Shown here one piece after another: positions 17,168-20,000 of a stretch of DNA of 20,000 nt (positions are counted from its first letter, which is position 1; the number at the start of each line of letters is the position of its first letter). Position numbers and translations under genes: made by a program. The stretch is from the IMG/VR virus record IMGVR_UViG_3300011215_000001. One strand, written 5' to 3'. The notes below the pieces were generated by a model. It was not told the DNA's origin and ran no database searches. It was given only the letters and a program-made list of their open reading frames with translations. Origin of the DNA: an uncultured virus (IMG/VR IMGVR_UViG_3300011215_000001). Lineage: Duplodnaviria > Heunggongvirae > Uroviricota > Caudoviricetes.

Positions 17168-17845
17168 TTACACTACATTTGCATTCTTGCTAAACTTAAT
17201 AACTTTTCCCTTCTTGTTACGGAAGATTTGCTCAAGCTTACGAATGATAGATTTTTTATTTGTACAAGTAATAAGGTATTCAAAGCTACCCTTATCACAC
17301 ATGACTTTTTCTAATTCGACAAAATCAAATAAATTTGGATACGAATATTGTAAATACATCTTAATAGCAACCATTTCATCAATAAATTCAATTTCGTCCA
17401 TTGATTCATCTTCTATTTTCCAAGCTGTATTATAGATTGCAAATTCACCAGATTTTAATTGAACAGCACCTAACCCAAACAGAGATAGGTTAGTAAAATT
17501 AATAAATTTTGGATTCACTACATAAAAGTTTTCCATAGTAATATCATCTGTTTCATACAAATAGTCAAAATCAATACACTTTGACTTCAACACATCTTTA
17601 ATATAAATCTCAAGTGAACCTTTTCCAAATTCAATGTTTTTTACTAAGCTTATAATAGAAGTTTTTAGAACATTGTCATCTATCACCTCAGACCTCATAC
17701 CTTTGCTGTACTCCATAGAAATAATGCGATAGTCAGTATCCTTCACTAACCCCTTTGCTTTGACAATTTTCTTAATTGTGTTTATAAATTTTTTATCCAA
17801 ATAACCATCTCCTAAAAATAAGTTTATGTAAAAAGACTTATTCAC
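17168..17845 (-). CDS. Hypothetical protein (225 aa; start uncertain)
   Basis: Long co-oriented ORF; the GTG start lacks a clear RBS and sits inside an imperfect hairpin (AGACTTATT...AATAAGTCT). Confidence 0.7.
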   Translation of the reverse strand: MNKSFYINLFLGDGYLDKKFINTIKKIVKAKGLVKDTDYRIISMEYSKGMRSEVIDDNVLKTSIISLVKNIEFGKGSLEIYIKDVLKSKCIDFDYLYETDDITMENFYVVNPKFINFTNLSLFGLGAVQLKSGEFAIYNTAWKIEDESMDEIEFIDEMVAIKMYLQYSYPNLFDFVELEKVMCDKGSFEYLITCTNKKSIIRKLEQIFRNKKGKVIKFSKNANVV

Positions 17846-17868
17846 GATTTGTAAATAAGTCTCTATGT

Positions 17869-18036
17869 CTATACTGTTTTTCTTACTGCTATATATATAA
17901 GAAGATATCCTATAATTATTAAACTTAAAGAAACAAACGTAAAGTCTTTATTGATTGAAATAAAGCCAACTAGAAGTATTGAATCACCAGAAAGGATTAA
18001 AAGATTGGTAGTGTTTAACCAATCTTTTAATGACAT
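17869..18036 (-). CDS. 55-aa small membrane protein (below track cutoff)
   Basis: MSLKDWLNTTNLLILSGDSILLVGFISINKDFTFVSLSLIIIGYLLIYIAVRKTV*; two hydrophobic stretches and a basic end; start overlaps the upstream gene end; weak RBS. Confidence 0.5.
   Translation of the reverse strand: MSLKDWLNTTNLLILSGDSILLVGFISINKDFTFVSLSLIIIGYLLIYIAVRKTV
17997..18030. terminator. 13-8-13 hairpin at the stop of 18027..18242
   Basis: TTAAAAGATTGGT-AGTGTTTA-ACCAATCTTTTAA. Confidence 0.55.
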
Positions 18037-18242
18037 TTATCAATCTCTATTCTATTAATTACTTTTAAAACTTTCTCTCCATCTTTTTCAATAATATCAA
18101 CTTCTAATGGAATTTCTGTGCCATTTGGAAGTTTGTAAGAAAGCTTTGTTTCACCTTTAGCAACAGATTCATAAAACTCTTCTTCTGTCATATCAGTGTC
18201 AATTTTGATGTCAGCTTGCACTTTTGCTAGATGTTTACTCAT
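18027..18242 (-). CDS. Small hypothetical protein
   Basis: ATG with AGGAGGT RBS. Confidence 0.7.
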   Translation of the reverse strand: MSKHLAKVQADIKIDTDMTEEEFYESVAKGETKLSYKLPNGTEIPLEVDIIEKDGEKVLKVINRIEIDKCH

Positions 18243-18345
18243 TATTTAAATGACCTCCTGTTGTATAAGGTATGTAACTTCGAGAAAATCACACATTTTT
18301 TTAAAAATGACCTCAATGTTTTACTACAATTTAAGCTCTAAATAA

Positions 18346-18371
18346 CTAAATGAAAGTTCAATTTCATTTAG
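18346..18371. repeat. 10-6-10 palindrome at the end of 18368..18562
   Basis: CTAAATGAAA-GTTCAA-TTTCATTTAG. Confidence 0.6.
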
Positions 18372-18562
18372 ATACACTTTCTGAAATAATTACGCCATTT
18401 ACCAAAGAAAAATGTCACTGGTTCTCCACGATTTGCAATGATTTCAAGCTTACTTTCATCTTCTGATAAATTCCCTTCATATGTGACTCCATTTGTAAAT
18501 TCCACATAATCAGTTTCTAAATCATCAATGATATCTTCAAAACAATAGAATTTCACTTTCAT
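18368..18562 (-). CDS. Small hypothetical protein
   Basis: ATGA start/stop overlap with the upstream gene. Confidence 0.65.
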   Translation of the reverse strand: MKVKFYCFEDIIDDLETDYVEFTNGVTYEGNLSEDESKLEIIANRGEPVTFFFGKWRNYFRKCI

Positions 18563-18912
18563 TCTTCAAACTCAACTTCCACTTCTTCTGCTACACCTAC
18601 AACTTTTCCATCTTCGATTACAAGTGGAGTTTGCTTAATTCCAATGACTTGGTTTAATTTGAGTTGGTATAAAGTATCTAAAGCTTCCTTATATTCTTCA
18701 AAAGTACCACCATCAGCTTTCTCAAATACAAGTTGTTCATAAAAACTTACCATAGAATCAACATGCATTGCAGAAATTACACTGGTAACTTTAGTTCCAT
18801 CTTCATTTACAACAGTTTTATTTTTGTCTTGATGAATTTTACCTAAATTGTATTCAACAGTAAGAGTACCTGTTAATTCACCATTTTCTTTTTTAACTAA
18901 TAATTTTGCCAT
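18559..18912 (-). CDS. Hypothetical protein
   Basis: ATG at 18912 with GGAGGT RBS. Confidence 0.7.
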   Translation of the reverse strand: MAKLLVKKENGELTGTLTVEYNLGKIHQDKNKTVVNEDGTKVTSVISAMHVDSMVSFYEQLVFEKADGGTFEEYKEALDTLYQLKLNQVIGIKQTPLVIEDGKVVGVAEEVEVEFEE

Positions 18913-18927
18913 TTTCAACAACCTCCA

Positions 18928-19071
18928 TTATTTAGATTCTTTGATTACAATGCGTCCATCTTTAATTTTTACAGATTCAACAGTACTAATTTGTACACCA
19001 TTGTTACTTTCAATTACTATTGAAGCATTGTTTTTGATTGCTTCAATTAATTCTTCTTTATTGTATTTCAT
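18928..19071 (-). CDS. 47-aa hypothetical protein (below track cutoff)
   Basis: MKYNKEELIEAIKNNASIVIESNNGVQISTVESVKIKDGRIVIKESK*, with AGGAGG RBS. Confidence 0.7.
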   Translation of the reverse strand: MKYNKEELIEAIKNNASIVIESNNGVQISTVESVKIKDGRIVIKESK

Positions 19072-19089
19072 GTTAGCCCTCCTAAATAT

Positions 19090-19128
19090 AAAGGTAAATG
19101 TGATTTATCAAAAAACACATTTACCTTT
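19090..19128. repeat. 13-13-13 inverted repeat (operator and/or terminator) downstream of fic
   Basis: AAAGGTAAATGTG-N13-CACATTTACCTTT. Confidence 0.7.
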
Positions 19129-19153
19129 TTTATTTTGCTTTCAACATGTTAAA

Positions 19154-19822
19154 TTAATTGTATTTAATTCCATAAATACAATTATCATAAGTCCACTTAA
19201 TAATGGTACTATCATCATTTGTTTCATAAAAATCAGATAGCAATTTATTCCATGTTTCTAACTCTTGTTCACTAATGTTTATAACTCCTGCCCCATTCAT
19301 CATCATAATAAAATTAGCAGATACTAGAGCAGTGCGTTTATTACCATCCCAGAAGTTTTGACTTCTCATAGCCCAATACATATATTTGAGTGCTTTATGA
19401 GTTGCAGTTAAATCACTATGCATTAGTCTGTTTATATATGAAACAACTTCTGACTCTACAGGTATTTGTGGTTTATAATTTACACCATGTATACCAACAT
19501 CACCTCTTCGAATTACACCCCATTCCAAAGACTCATTATAGGAAATGTAACTATTTATTTTACAGGCAATTGACCAATCAAAAACTGTTCCTTCATCAGC
19601 ACCTAAAACATATTTGTAAGCATTTCTCAAATTTAGGATTACTTGTATATCATGAACGTCCACACCTGCAACACTCATTCCATCAACAATTGTTTTTGTT
19701 TGAGGGAAAGTAGTATTTACATTCTCTAAGCGAGAGGTAGAATGTATTAGCTCAACTACATTTTTCTTTAAAAGAAATCTTGATTCATTTATTTTTAAAT
19801 TATATTGATTTTGGTATTCCAT
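19154..19822 (-). CDS. Fic/Doc-family protein with a non-canonical active-site motif
   Basis: STSRLEN-like N-terminal segment (HSTSRLEN) and RSQNFWDGNKRTA; GGAAGGTG RBS. Confidence 0.85.
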   Translation of the reverse strand: MEYQNQYNLKINESRFLLKKNVVELIHSTSRLENVNTTFPQTKTIVDGMSVAGVDVHDIQVILNLRNAYKYVLGADEGTVFDWSIACKINSYISYNESLEWGVIRRGDVGIHGVNYKPQIPVESEVVSYINRLMHSDLTATHKALKYMYWAMRSQNFWDGNKRTALVSANFIMMMNGAGVINISEQELETWNKLLSDFYETNDDSTIIKWTYDNCIYGIKYN

Positions 19823-19885
19823 CTAATCACCTTCCTTCATAAAGAATACCATAATTTATGCACATTTACTCTAAATAATTAACTG

Positions 19886-20000
19886 TTAATTTAAAGTTTC
19901 CTTTTCCTTTTTATAGGAGTCAACGTACATCGGAATCACCCTAAAAGCATAAGACGTTATATATGTTTTCTCCATTGCATTTTGAATATCTTTCTGGTTG
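19886..20000 (-). CDS. 3' end of an unidentified CDS
   Basis: Open frame NQKDIQNAMEKTYITSYAFRVIPMYVDSYKKEKETLN* running in from the window edge. Confidence 0.45.
   Translation of the reverse strand, partial: NQKDIQNAMEKTYITSYAFRVIPMYVDSYKKEKETLN

Noticed and set aside
1478..19713. All plus-strand ORFs in the track
   Set aside because: They are antisense shadows of well-supported minus-strand genes, with no recognisable motifs.
1..20000. CRISPR array, tRNA/rRNA, arbitrium aimR/aimP, intron/intein in nrdA or the helicase
   Set aside because: I saw no regularly spaced repeats, cloverleaf, TPR receptor with signal-peptide gene, or large insertion by eye; dedicated tools were not run.

Overview
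AT-rich segment of a large SPbeta-like Bacillales (pro)phage. All credible genes lie on the minus strand. In transcription order (right to left): a Fic/Doc-family gene and small hypothetical genes; a putative lysogeny/regulatory cassette (XRE HTH, a stand-alone DUF262/ParB-like protein with a basic low-complexity tail, and a catalytically degenerate tyrosine-recombinase-fold protein resembling the SPbeta master repressor MrpR/YopR); accessory genes (possible ART-fold protein, CRR6/DUF1817-like protein); a receiver-less Spo0A-effector-like gene flanked by two LexA-type SOS boxes; and an SPbeta yorF-yorK-like replication operon (SSB-like, AAA/Sak4-like ATPase, frameshifted guanylate kinase, Zn-finger protein, DnaB-like helicase, primase, 3D-domain cell-wall enzyme, RecJ) ending in an ATP-cone class I ribonucleotide reductase alpha subunit cut by the window edge. 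Intergenic regions carry several perfect long inverted repeats and a recurring CACATT(T/A) motif that may be phage operators. Two N gaps split genes artefactually. Family assignments come from motif recognition by eye, not database searches.
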